Shown here: positions 37,562-49,494 of the stretch, piece by piece
Position numbering within the stretch: the stretch's first letter is position 1
Layout: the number at the start of each line of letters is the position of its first letter
NCBI GenBank assembly: GCA_964016885.1
Contig: OZ024745.1
Location: 43,648,001 to 43,712,000, forward strand
Length of the DNA: 64,000 bases
Direction of reading: 5' to 3'
DNA from: Eledone cirrhosa
Taxonomy: Eukaryota
Made by a program: the position numbers and the translations under genes
The notes under the pieces: model-generated
What the model was told of the DNA's origin: nothing
Database searches by the model: none
What the model saw: the letters and a program-made list of their open reading frames with translations, nothing else

Positions 37562-38958
37562 AAATGAAATACATGACAATCGTTTACCAGATTGTAAGCA
37601 CCAAAGTGAAGAAAATAAGGAATATACTTATTTCCTATAATAATAAATTAGATTAAATAAAAGCATATTTGGTTTTGAAATGTTTGAAATGGTATATTGA
37701 ATTTTTAGAGAGGTACAACAATTCAGATCTTTTGAATGGAAGAAAGAATACTGCAGGATCTCCACACCCATTTATGAGGATTAATTGACCAAGAATTAAT
37801 CAGGGGCTTAAAATAGAGCTAAGTTCCTGGTAAAATAAGATTTCCATTATAAATGTGGAATAAAATGGACCTTCATTGAGTTTGTTGATGAATGTCCAAG
37901 TTGTTCTATCAATAGAACAGCCTACATATTACTTTGATGAGTAGCTGAGTATTACACTAACATATGTACTCTTAATATTATTTTCAAGAAGATTCAACAT
38001 AACACAAAATGTGACAAGGCTAGGTACAGTTAATTTGAAGGGCTTCTAGACTGTTTCCATCTACCCAATTTCACTCACAAGCCTATGCTAGATAAACACT
38101 TGTCCAAGATGCTATGCTGTGGGATCAAACAGGAACATTGAGATTGAAAAGCAAGTTTCCTAACCATTCAGCGATGTTGTTTTCATAAATACGGAGTATA
38201 TCAGTAAGAAAAATCCAAAATATATTAAAGTTTTATAGCTCATGTGAAAGCCAGATTGTTGCTACAATTATTAATGTGTTCCCATATATAATACCAAGCA
38301 GAATAATATAATAATGCTATTCTTATGCAGCAGACACCAAAAATATGAAAGAAGGCTCTGAAATAGATGTAAAGCCTTTATATACTCTTGATAGAGTAAA
38401 GTTAGCACTGAGATTCAGAACACCAGAAATGCTAGTGTGAAAGAAAACAACATATATATATATAGGGGTCCCTATCATTCCACTGTAAAGTGGACGTGTA
38501 GGCGCCACGGAAAAAAAGCACCCAGCACTCATGTAAATGAGGTTGGTGTTAGGAAGGGCATCCAGCTGTAGAAATCAAGCCAGAATCAGTTTTCGTCCCA
38601 CCCTTGCAAGCAGGGAAAAGAGGATGTAAAAAAAATATATATATATATATATATATAGTTGGCCCCCTGGTATTCGTGTGTGGCGGGGGGGTTTACATAC
38701 CTAGAGCACCCGTGAAGAGTGAAAAACTGCGAATATTGGACATGGTCCATAAAAATGCCTATCAACATCAAAATATAATAAAAAAGAAGCGTCCATTAGA
38801 CAGGTAAATATGGTATATTGTTGTTAATAATTTAGCTTTAAAAAATATATATATTGCCACAAAAAAGGCTATTAAAAAATCACAGAAGATATATATGAAT
38901 CCACGAATATGTGGTGGTTTCCACAAACAATTATTAGTTAGGTTCTAAGGAAAATATA

Positions 38959-39035
38959 CAGGGTGTCCCCCCAAAATGTACACATATTTACTAGAAAGCT
39001 GCTGATGTGTGTATACATTTTTGGGGGACACTCTG
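38959..39035. mobile_element. Tiny Tc1/mariner-type MITE
   Basis: About 26-bp TIRs cagggtgtccccccaaaatgtacaca / tgtatacatttttgggggacactctg; solo arm also at 21745-21771. Confidence 0.75.
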
Positions 39036-39063
39036 TGTATATATATATATATATATATATCAA

Positions 39064-39363
39064 TCACTCCTTGTTATTCAGCATCTCTTCAGTAATTTTC
39101 TTTCTTTCTTCGCCGTATGCTTTGAAGTATTTGATAGCTTCTTCTGAATACTTTTCTGATACTTCTATTATGTCTCGACATTCCCAATATTTGAACTCTA
39201 TATTCAACATATTCAGCAGTCTTATTCTTGACTCTTGAGTTGGCAAAAGATCCACTGGATCTTTCTTGGGTAAATCAGGAAACTGGATATCTTTAAAGAA
39301 AATACCAGCTCTAATACCAAACCAGCCACCATATTTAGGATGAAGGCACAATCCAAAGATTTG
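39064..39363 (-). CDS. MMACHC: Cobalamin chaperone CblC, exon 4
   Basis: QIFGLCLHPKYGGWFGIRAGIFF..YWECRD..KYSEEAIKYF..ERKK..*; tttcag acceptor. Confidence 0.95.
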   Translation of the reverse strand, partial: QIFGLCLHPKYGGWFGIRAGIFFKDIQFPDLPKKDPVDLLPTQESRIRLLNMLNIEFKYWECRDIIEVSEKYSEEAIKYFKAYGEERKKITEEMLNNKE

Positions 39364-39920
39364 CTGAAATTAACAATTTTATAACATTTATACATGTACT
39401 AGAAAATATTATCCAGCAAGCGTGAGGCTGGAAGTCATCTGGATTTGCCTGGTTTCTGGAAACAACAATGTTTCTATTTTATATAGCAACTGCTACCAAA
39501 AATGCATTCAATAGGAAGAAAATCAAGCTGTAGAAACCATGACAAAAAAAGGGTTGAGAGCAGAGCAACCTCTCTAGTATTGATGACATCAGTGGCAGAC
39601 TGGCCAGGTTGCCCAATAGCAAGTGGGCCCCAGGAGGGTAGGGGGGGCACAGTAGTACTGCAGGGGCCCACGGCAGCATTGCAGAGTCCACTAGTATTTT
39701 AGGAGCCAATGCTTTGCTTTCAAAAAATATCTTTTAAAAAATGTCTTAGAGAAAGAATAAAATTGTTTTTTAAATAAATAAACAAATAAGCAAAGCATTT
39801 GGTCAAACAATTTCCTAGGGAATTAATAGAAACCAAAATGTATGATAGTGCTAACAGTTAGAATCATGGACTTACTGTATTCATTCATGCATGCATACGT
39901 ACATGGACACACACACACAC

Positions 39921-39974
<54 letters not shown>

Positions 39975-40725
39975 TTACACATACACACGAGCTGCTGGCC
40001 AAATAATTTTTTGATATCAATGGGTTAAAGATATCCACCCAACCTTTACTAGCAGGAAAAATGGACGTTAAATGATGAAGATGATAATGGTGTTTGTGGC
40101 ACTGCTAATAAACATTACAATACTAATAGAGAAAAAGTATCAATTATCATTTTTTTTCTTTTTTCTTCAAGAATACTTCTAGGATACCCTGGTAAGACTC
40201 ATCCTTTAAATGGATGTTTTGTAACAAAGTTTCCAGATTACCCATTAACCTCAGCACTGATCACATGTTCACTGTTATTTTCCAGCAATTTGGCCAACAG
40301 TTATGGCTTTCTTGTTACCCATTTCATCATTATCAATCTAGACACAATTACAATCAATAAATGTGCCTGGATAATGAAAAGAAAATAGTTAGTGATTTTA
40401 CAGAGAGTAACATGAAAAAATGCAGTGATTATCAAAAAGCAGACTAGTTTACTTAGCAGAATTTATATATTGGAAAGTAGATTTCAAATTTGGATTGGTT
40501 TGTGGTGAAGAAAGTAACATTAGTAGAGATTTGACTTTCCTTTAAAAATAATGTAGCATATGATAAAGACAATGGTTTAAACAGTAATTTATTTTGACAA
40601 AGTAAAAGAGACACTATTTTTATAAAAGATGATTATAAATTGCTTAAATTGATGCTAGATTATTATTAATATTTGTTTTGTCAATCTTGTAGAAATAAAA
40701 GAAGCATTCCATCTATGAGATTTAA

Positions 40726-40940
40726 CTCTTAACATCCTGTAATGATTTAGCAAAAAATATCTAAAAACATGTTTGTTAATTCATGTTTGATAATAACACA
40801 TTTACTAGTGAACAGTTCATAGTTAAAATTTGCATTGTTAGAGTAAAGACTGAAAGTTTTAGCATGATGCAATCATAGTGTTTTGTATTTTTCCAGAATA
40901 CCTTGCTAATGTGGTTTCGGGTGGTACAGGACGTTAGGAG
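40726..40940. mobile_element. piggyBac-type MITE family 2
   Basis: TTAA|ctcttaacatcctgta...tacaggacgttaggag|TTAA; similar to 50700-51157. Confidence 0.75.
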
Positions 40941-40969
40941 TTAAATAAGAGTAACAGAAAATTACAAAC

Positions 40970-41116
40970 CTTATCTCCCCATGGATTTTCTTCCACATCT
41001 ATTTTTTGATAATAAAATGCAGCACCAGATACATGTGCAGCTGTTTGTGCAAGTAACCTAGGATAGCGAGGAGCTATCATTTCAAAATCATACCTCAAAT
41101 CTGTTTGGGGATAATC
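40970..41116 (-). CDS. MMACHC: CblC exon 3
   Basis: DYPQTDLRYDFEMIAPRYPRLLAQTAAHVSGAAFYYQKIDVEENPWGDK; tag/gtttgt; 147 nt, phase 0. Confidence 0.95.
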
Positions 41117-41864
41117 CTATTGATAGAAATCAAAATTAAAACCAGAAATAAGATCAATATTTTAGTTAACACCACTAACATCAATAAAGAGGAAAGTATA
41201 CATGAACTCAGAGCACAAGAAAACTGGAACGAATACCACAAAGCATTTTATCCAGATTTTCTAATGACACTTATGGCAAATACTAAAATATATACCAAGA
41301 AAGGGTAGAGGAAAGGGAAGCTAGTTAAAGTTTATATATCTAAAGTTATTAAATAAATTAAGATTGTCAATGAGATAATCCAGCTATAAGACAAGCTTTA
41401 ACACTAGCAATATTTCTATAGTTTATGGCAAGTACTAAAATATAAAGAGAGGAGGCTGTAGAATGACACTCAGTGACTGTCATTTATTCTCATGATGTGC
41501 TCTTAACAGTGCCGCTGCATTACTATCCCACATTAACTCTCCCTTTAATACCTAACCACTGTCTTATACTCCACTCTTCAGGCAAGTTCATATTATAGTG
41601 TCACAGAACGTATACAATGAGAGTATACAAGGTGTTGTAACATTACATTATATACTGGAAGATCAAGTGAAATGTTGACATTGTTTCCCTTATACTACTT
41701 CTATTATCATTCTGTTGCTTCACAATCTTTCTTATTCTCTCCCTTTATCAACACTACTGTGCCCCACTACATCATAATAGTAGCACTCAGCCTAATCGTC
41801 CAAGTAATTCTGTACAGGAATCTGTCACCACAACAATCAGAGTATATTACACTACAAAACCTAC

Positions 41865-42059
41865 CTCTTGTATTTTTGTTATATAATGCTTGACACAATC
41901 ATCAATAGGATCCTTTTCAGTTTCCTTATAATTCTCACGAAGGAATGGTATGAATGCTTTTTCAAACATTCTAGGATTGCTTAGAATAGTTAGAGCCAAT
42001 GTATCTTTTGGGTATGGAAGTTGAAATTTTTCCTCAACCAACTCATTGTACCATTCAAC
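41865..42059 (-). CDS. MMACHC: CblC exon 2
   Basis: VEWYNELVEEKFQLPYPKDTLALTILSNPRMFEKAFIPFLRENYKETEKDPIDDCVKHYITKIQE; cag/gtaggt; 195 nt. Confidence 0.95.
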
Positions 42060-42097
42060 CTGCAACAGAAAGAATAATTTTTTTTTAAATTAAGCAA

Positions 42098-42150
<53 letters not shown>

Positions 42151-42183
42151 CAAGTATTAATAAAATAGATGTTCTTTTGATCA

Positions 42184-42245
42184 ATTACATTTTATTATAC
42201 ATATTTTGGATGTACAACAGTACGTCCTCATCAGACAAAATATAA
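42184..42245 (-). ncRNA. Type I hammerhead ribozyme relic (core G12 mutated to A)
   Basis: ttatattttgt-CTGATGA-ggacgtac tgtt gtacatcc-AAAA-tatgta-TA-ataaaatgtaa: 11-bp stem I, 8-bp stem II with one mismatch, near-palindromic stem III. Confidence 0.7.
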
Positions 42246-43111
42246 TGATACATAACATACCCTGAGATGTTAAATGGTTAAGATTTAATCAAGAAATATG
42301 TATAATAAAATGTAATTGATCAAAAGAACATCTATTTTATTAAAACTTATATTTTAATATTAATAACGCCAGAAAATTATTTTTCCGTTGAGTCCTTCCA
42401 ATCTACTGTAAAACTCATTCTTTGACATAATCATTGAATATTGTTTAACAATTTAATATATATATATATAATGAGATATATGTTAAATTTATAGCATTAC
42501 TTATTTGTATAGGTAAGTATATATTACCTGTATGTTTTGTGAAGGTACGTATACTTTCTCGTACGTATATTTGATTGTATATGTTATGGCGTATATATTA
42601 TATATTCTGGTACATATGCATTTGGTTATGTGTATACGCTTGTTTTGCGTCTGTGTGAGTATGCGGGTTCGTACGTATGTAGGGTGTGTGTATATGTGTA
42701 CTTTGTGTTTTGGTTGTCGTACGTCTCCGAACATATGTGTATTTACATGTAGGTATCTGTGTGCGTGCGTTATATACGTATTTATTTATTTATATACGTT
42801 TATTTAATTATATGTATACACGCACACACATACACACATATATATATATTATTTTTTTTATATATATTTTTGTGTTTTGGTGTATACACTCGTATGTGTG
42901 CGGCTACAGGCGTTGTGTGGGTTCTGTATGTGCGTGCAGTTTTTTTTTGTGTGTACGTGCTTGTATTTGTATACCTATGGTGAGTGTTTTCGCGTATGCT
43001 TGTGTATGTACGTATATGGATGCGTGTACGTATTTATTTAATTTCAATTACCTCTGTATTTTATTTACTTTATTCTTAACTCTGAAGCCGAGAATCATTC
43101 AGTTTCCTAGT

Positions 43112-43515
43112 TAGAATTTTAGCCTACGACTTCAGTTATACCATTTACGTGGTTTTGCCTTTGCGTGCAATTGTTCTCCCCGCTCCACATATGACGTATT
43201 ATCTTCGTTTTTTCCGTTCATTGCCAGAGAACGTCTCCATGAACAACCTAATAGAATATTAGTCTACGACTTCTTTTATACCATAAACGTGGTTTTGTCT
43301 TTGCGTGTAATTGTTTTTCATTGCTCCAAATAATTGTTTCTACTTTAGGCACAAGGCCAGCAATTACCCAGTGCATTACTGGTACTTTATTTTATCAACC
43401 CCGTAAGGATGAAAGGCAAAATCAACCTCGGCAGGATTTGAACTCGCGCCAAATAATGACGTATTATCTTCGTTTTTTCCCGTTCTTTGCCAGGGAACAT
43501 TTCCACGAACCAAAG
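43112..43515. repeat. Two ~140-bp tandem copies, second interrupted by a truncated SINE A
   Basis: tagaat(t/a)ttag(c/t)ctacgacttc starts at 43112 and 43252; SINE 43335-43448 with TSD ccaaataat. Confidence 0.85.
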
Positions 43516-44059
43516 TATCGTCTTCCTGTGGTTGCAACGGTTTTTGAAATATTTACTTCTGCGTTCACAGATTGACTTTTTTAGTTTCAGAAGATCCCAT
43601 TAAGGGTGAAAGCAGCGATTCTTTGCTTAAACTTTAATCTGTTATTTTAATAAATAATTAATATATATATATAATTATCATCGTTTAATGTCCATTTTCC
43701 ACGCTAACACAAGTTAGATAGATTGTCCTGTTTGAGGCAAGTTGGATCAGCTGACCACGTCTTGTTTATATAGAACTGTTTCTGGCTTGGTTTCTACAAC
43801 TGGATGCTCTTCCTAATGCCAACCACATTTACAGTGTGTGCTGAGTGCTTTTTGCCATGACACCTACATGACCACTTTACAGTGTGGGCTGGATGCTTTT
43901 TGTCGTGACACCTATACAACCACTTTACAGTGTGTGCACCTTATGGAATTTCTACCCACCACTTTCTGACATATTCCTGATGGTATCATGTTCCTGTCTT
44001 CTTTCCTACTTATCAAGACTTTCATCTTTGCTATATTTACTTTTAGGCCTCTCAGCTCT

Positions 44060-44455
44060 AGATTCTTTTTCCATGCTTGAAATTTTGCTTATACGTCTCC
44101 TATGGACTCAGCTATGAGGACTAGGTCTTCAGTGATGGTCTGAAGTACAATGATAAATAGAAGTGGACTGAGGACTGATCTCTGGTGGATTCCTACCTGC
44201 AATTCAAATTCATCACTGTACTCATTTCCGACTCTCACTCTACTGGTTGTTCCTCTATATATGGTCTGCACCACCCTCACAAGCCATTTGTCCACACGTA
44301 GCTTCCTAAGTTCCAATCAGATTACAGAGCATGGGACTCTGCCAAAGGCTTTCTCTAGATCTACAAATGCTAGGTATAGTGGCTTACTCTTAGCTAAATA
44401 CCTCTCCTTTAGTTGTCTCACCAGAAAGAGGGAATCAGTAGTACCCCTACTAGTT
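44060..44455 (-). mobile_element. RTE (BovB-like) RT fragment
   Basis: RGTTDSLFLVRQLKERY..AFVDLEKAFGRVP..VGIHQRSVLSPLLFIIVL. Confidence 0.9.
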
Positions 44456-44489
44456 TCGTTTACTAGGTCAGAACATTGACCTCCTGGTA

Positions 44490-44927
44490 ACTGTTCAGAG
44501 ACATACAACCAAGCGAAAACCCTCCATCAGGCATCTACCATACTCTGAACGCCTTGCTTCCCTGGACATGGATACATTGAAGTTCCGACGTCTGGCAACT
44601 GACTTGGTAAACACCCACAAAATTATTAACTATCTTGCCTACGAAGTCAGAAAACAGCACAGCTCCCATGACTTTCAGAAACTGCTCAGAGTTGCTGAAG
44701 CGTGGAACAAACTACCAGCATCAGTTGTTACCTGCCGAGACACTGCATCCTTTAAAACCTCCATGCTTCCCGAAATTCGGCAACACTATACCTGATATCC
44801 CCCATTCCATACACATGCACTGTTCACTTTCTTGACATTTGTACATTATTCTATGTACTATACATGCACCTTTGATGAGTTGTAGTGCACCTGAGCACTG
44901 TACACAATAATTTCATTATTATTATTT
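44490..44927 (+). mobile_element. CR1/L2-group LINE 3' end
   Basis: LPYSERLASLDMDTLKFRRLATDLVNTHKII..RVAEAWNKLPASVV..SFK, then 3' UTR and (ATT)n tail. Confidence 0.85.
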
Positions 44928-45489
44928 TATATTTCATTTTGCTACACTTATAACTTGATACAGCAAGACACCTGTTTCCTCTAGAACTGAGGGAACTTAC
45001 CTACTTGGATTAACATGAAATGTAACATGCAGTTGTTATTCCTGTCTTTGTAAATTAAAATTCATCATCTTATATACATACATACATGCACACATACCTA
45101 TACATATGATATGTGTGTATGTCTCCATACATGCATACACATATATGTATATTAAAGTATGCATGTATATATATATATATATACATACATGCATATACTG
45201 TATATATATATCTATGTTCTTCTGGTTTTATAATTTTATAAATGTTTACCAATAGAGAGAGAGTTGGTTTCTAACATAGATACAAGATTCTTTCATCGGA
45301 ATTTAAACAACATCACCTAGGTAGATATGTATGCATGTCTGCATGTGTGTTTAAGTATGAATGTTATTGTATGTGTGGGTGTGTATGTTTTGAGTTATAT
45401 GTATGCATGTGCATATGATTTGTATCTGTACATGTGTACATGCAGTTATTACATGCAGAAATTTTGGAATGTTTACATATTTTTACTGT

Positions 45490-45722
45490 TCCATCAAGAT
45501 TTGTACTGAGACAGTTACTAACATATCCAAGTGCCCCAATAATCACAGGTATAAATCTGAAGGTATAGTCAGGGTGGAGTATCTGCAGGTTCCTCATTGG
45601 CATCTGCTGGGCAGCTAACTTCCACTACTGTGCATGCCTTCTTTTCCCTGTCCCATATCATTACATCTGGTCTGTTATGTTTGCACTCCATTGGGGCTTT
45701 GTCTGGACCATTCCACCAGTAC
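45490..45722 (-). mobile_element. R4/Dong-like restriction-like endonuclease fragment
   Basis: YWWN..CKHNRPDVMIWDREKKACTVVEVSCPAD..FRFIPVIIGALG. Confidence 0.8.
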
Positions 45723-46233
45723 TATGTACATACATACTATGTATGTGTGTGTGTACGTGCGTGTATATATGGGTGTGTTAAAAACGAAAACTACAGATAA
45801 ATAAGCTCCACAAATATTTCATAATGTCTGCTAGTACTGCATTGCCTGTTTGTTTACATATGGCTCTGGGAATTAGGTAACACGTTTGTAAATTTCATCT
45901 TTGTGTTCGAGAAAACTTTACAATTCGTTTATGTATTTAGATTTCAAAATCAAGTTTCGTTTACCGAGAAAAGCCGCTCCTTTTACGTACACCAGAACAC
46001 ATTCATGGAAGAACAGTAGCTCACACAAAACTGTCTGTTCTCAACTATGGAATGCACATATATACCTGCGCTCACACACACACATGCATACATACATACA
46101 TGCATGCATGATGGCTGCAAACCCTGCTAAAAGTATTGCAATCGCTTGTCAGATTCAGATGTGTGATGCTCGGATTTGGTTTTTCAAGCCTGCTAGAGAC
46201 TTGCACTCCTTCGCACATACATGTAATAAATTA

Positions 46234-46396
46234 CCGTATTTCCTGGCGTCGAAGACGCTACTTTCTTCCTAAAATAAGTCTCAAAAATCTACTGGAGGTC
46301 GAAGATTGTTTTGTTTTGTTTTTTTTTCAAATTTTTGGTTGTCAAAATTGGGGTGCGTCCTCGAGGACGAAGCGTCTTCGGCGCCGAGAAATACGG
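46234..46396. mobile_element. Tc2/pogo-type MITE
   Basis: 26-bp TIR ccgtatttcctggcgtcgaagacgct / agcgtcttcggcgccgagaaatacgg flanked by TA. Confidence 0.85.
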
Positions 46397-46545
46397 TAAT
46401 TATTGCTAGAAGCCTTATAAATATATAATCAAATCGAGATTTGCTAGAAGCCTTAAAAATATATAATCAAATCGAGAGGAGAAAAAAACATCAATTCAAC
46501 ACTAAGTGTGTCAATCGGTTACACACCACAAGGGTCATCGGGAAT

Positions 46546-46762
46546 TATTGAGACAAGACAATACGCTTGCAGCGTTAACTAGGGTTATGGCGAGGCTAAG
46601 GCGCTGAAACAACCAAGCACCTTCACAGGCATCTCCTGATACCTCGGTACGGCGAGCCGCAAACGATGACAAGAAACTTCGCTGTCAGCGGCCCAGCTCC
46701 ACCAAACGTCTCGAAGGCCACGGGCTGAAAAAAAATAATTAGTTGATAATTCCCGGTATTTT
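46546..46762 (-). mobile_element. CRE-like non-LTR retrotransposon C-terminal fragment
   Basis: KYRELSTNYF..QPVAFETFGGAGPLTAKFL..SGDACEGAWLFQRLSLAITLVNAASVL, with frameshifts. Confidence 0.75.
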
Positions 46763-47236
46763 CGGATTGAACGGCAAAGTTGAGCGATTTATACAACAAC
46801 GCCTAAACACATATATGAGTTTAAGATCCATTTGTGAAAGACACTGATTTTCAATAGGAATGTACAGAAAAATTATTACACATTTATTACATTTATCAAG
46901 AATAGAAATAAACTTTTGAAAATTTATCAAAAGATTAACAGTTTGCAGAAAGTAATCAGAAAAAGAAAAAGACAGGGGAAAAAGCGTGAGAAGTCAGATA
47001 CACTTAATTGCAAAGCCACAGCATGAGTCGCTGGAGTTTCCTATTGCCGTGTAATTCAGTCGAGTATATTTATAAATATAAAGGGAAATTTTAAAATTGC
47101 ATAAGTCAACAAGCACGGGGTTTCACTAAACAGCGTCTGTTATTTCCCTGTTGCAATACGTCAAATAAAGGCCAAAGAGTTTATATTATTCATATCAAAT
47201 ACAACTTATAACTTATGCATATATTAACTCACGTAC

Positions 47237-47317
47237 TTTGAAGGGGTAAGCTTCAAAACCATACGGAGAGATGATTTTGTTGACCGATTGAATAATTTCT
47301 TCTACTTGCTGATCCAT
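47237..47317 (-). CDS. MMACHC: CblC exon 1 (start)
   Basis: aggATGG context; MDQQVEEIIQSVNKIISPYGFEAYPFK|gtacgt; 81 nt, phase 0, joins exon 2 to give PFKVEWYN. Confidence 0.92.
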
Positions 47318-47385
47318 CCTGATTTGCAGTGACAGTAATAACTTGTAAATAATTAGCTAATACCAAAGGGAGACAACTCTATCTC

Positions 47386-47607
47386 ACTATTGTTTCTGCT
47401 ATAAACACAAGGCTAGCAATTTGAAGAGAATGGGAAAGTTAATCAAATCGAACCAGTACATTACTGGTGCTTTATTTTATCGACCCCGTAATGATGAAAG
47501 GCAAAGTTAACTTCGGCGGGATTTGAACCCAGACCGTGAAGGGCCGTAACTCTATGCTGCAAAGTATGGCGTCCGACCATCTACTGATATTGCCAATCCA
47601 CCAATCC
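47386..47607 (-). mobile_element. SINE family A directly upstream of the MMACHC start
   Basis: Full-length family sequence with 10-bp TSD actctatctc; second truncated copy at 47750-47860. Confidence 0.9.
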
Positions 47608-48064
47608 ACTCTATCTCCATAATAGCATCATAACGAACTTCTTAATTCCGAGAAACCGAAACCACTGACTATTCGCAGAATTCTTTTTTTTGGGGTGGGT
47701 GGGGGGGGGGGTCTATAAATATTTTGAAGTCTGTCGCGTTATCTATATATTTGTTTCTCCTTTTGGCACAAGGCCAGCAATTATCCCAGTGTATTACTGG
47801 TACTTTATTTTATCGACCCCGTAAGGATGAAAGGCAAAGTTAACCCCGGCGGGATTTGAAGGGGATACAGAAACATACGCACACGTTTGTTTTGTCCCTT
47901 TTTTAAGTTGCGTTGCCTATATGTTGAATTTAGCCCCTCCTCCTTCTACACACCCACACACACACACACAGAATACACTCACATTTATACATAGGAAGTG
48001 TGATGGAGATTGAGAAACAGAAACATTTCCTTTCATAATATAGATTACTGCTACTACTACCACT

Positions 48065-48831
48065 ACTTAATTGCGAAATTATCCTTGTATATATTTCCTA
48101 TGCAGTCCTTAAGGATGTTCGGTGCCAATTTTTATATAAATTCAAACTACGTTGCATAGTAGTAGTAGTAGTAAGTATGTACTATTTGCGCCAATTTTTA
48201 TATAAATTCAAACAACGTTGCAAAGTAGTACTACTACTACTACTAGTAGTACTACTACTAGTAGTAGTACTACTAGTAGTACTACTACTACTAGTAGTAG
48301 TACTACTACTACTAGTACTACTAGTAGTAGTACTACTACTACTAGTAGTAGTACTACTACTACTAGTAGTAGTACTACTACTACTACTAGTAGTAGTACT
48401 ACTACTACTACTAGTAGTAGTACTACTACTACTACTAGTAGTAGTACTACTACTACTACTAGTAGTAGTACTACTACTACTACTAGTAGTAGTACTACTA
48501 CTACTACTAGTAGTAGTACTACTACTACTACTAGTAGTAGTACTACTACTACTACTAGTAGTAGTACTACTACTACTACTAGTAGTAGTACTACTACTAC
48601 TACTAGTAGTAGTAGTACTACTACTAGTAGTAGTAGTACTACTACTAGTAGTACTACTACTACTACTACTAGTAGTAGTAGTAGTACTTTGCAACGTTAT
48701 TTGAATTTATATAAAAAAATTGGCACAAATATTTAAAACTCAGCAATCCTGTCATCTTGTTCTGAGGGCTGCATTGAACATCATTAAGGACCGCATGGGA
48801 AATGTATGAAAGGATAATTACGTCATAAAGT
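48065..48831. repeat. Fold-back element with self-complementary (TAC)n/(TAG)n core
   Basis: Outer inverted arms 48065-48125/48771-48831, inner arms 48183-48227/48685-48731, core 48225-48687. Confidence 0.9.
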
Positions 48832-49494
48832 GAAGCGAGAAGAACATATTCTTGCTATGAAAAAAGCAGGAAACTAATTTTCTTTTTAGAACAGTCGAAT
48901 ATTTTCCAGCTGCAATATATGTAAAATTATATTAATAGAAGTAATGTAATTAAGGATAAAGTTATTGTTCCTATGACGAGTGCTCTTGTTCATTCAATCA
49001 ACGGAACTGCTTGCTCATACAATTAACTTGTAAGTGGCTGCCGAGCATTCCACAGAGACGTGCACCCTTAACGTAGTCTCAATGAGATTCATCATGACAC
49101 AATGTGTGAGCAGACTAGGACCTTAAATTACAGATACAACTTATTTTTGCCAGCTGGGTGGACTGGAGCAACAGAAATAAAATATCTTGCTCTTCAGCGT
49201 AACACACTGGCCCTAACCACTAAAACGCGGGTGTGTTAAAAGCGAAAAGGACAGGTAGATACAGCTCCACATATTTTTTTAATGTCTGGACAAGACACCT
49301 TTTGTTGGCTTCTGGACCTTATAATCAGTAACTTAGCTAGTTTTGCCCTGCCTGTTTGTTTACTATTCGAAAAATATATTACAGTTTCCATCTCATGCTG
49401 TAAAAACTGACGATGGGCCTCCAACCTGTTCTGGGAAGTGTGGGATGGACACAAAATACTGTGTATCCCAACCCCAGAGGGTTTGGAAGGGAGC

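Noticed and set aside
39590-39695. hAT-Tip100-like MITE (cagtggcagact..agtccactag)
   Set aside because: Right TIR is poor and no TSD was found
48177-48736. 170-175 aa poly-Ser/Thr mucin-like or poly-Leu/Val ORFs
   Set aside because: Products of the TAC/TAG microsatellite, open on both strands, with no signal peptide or splice support
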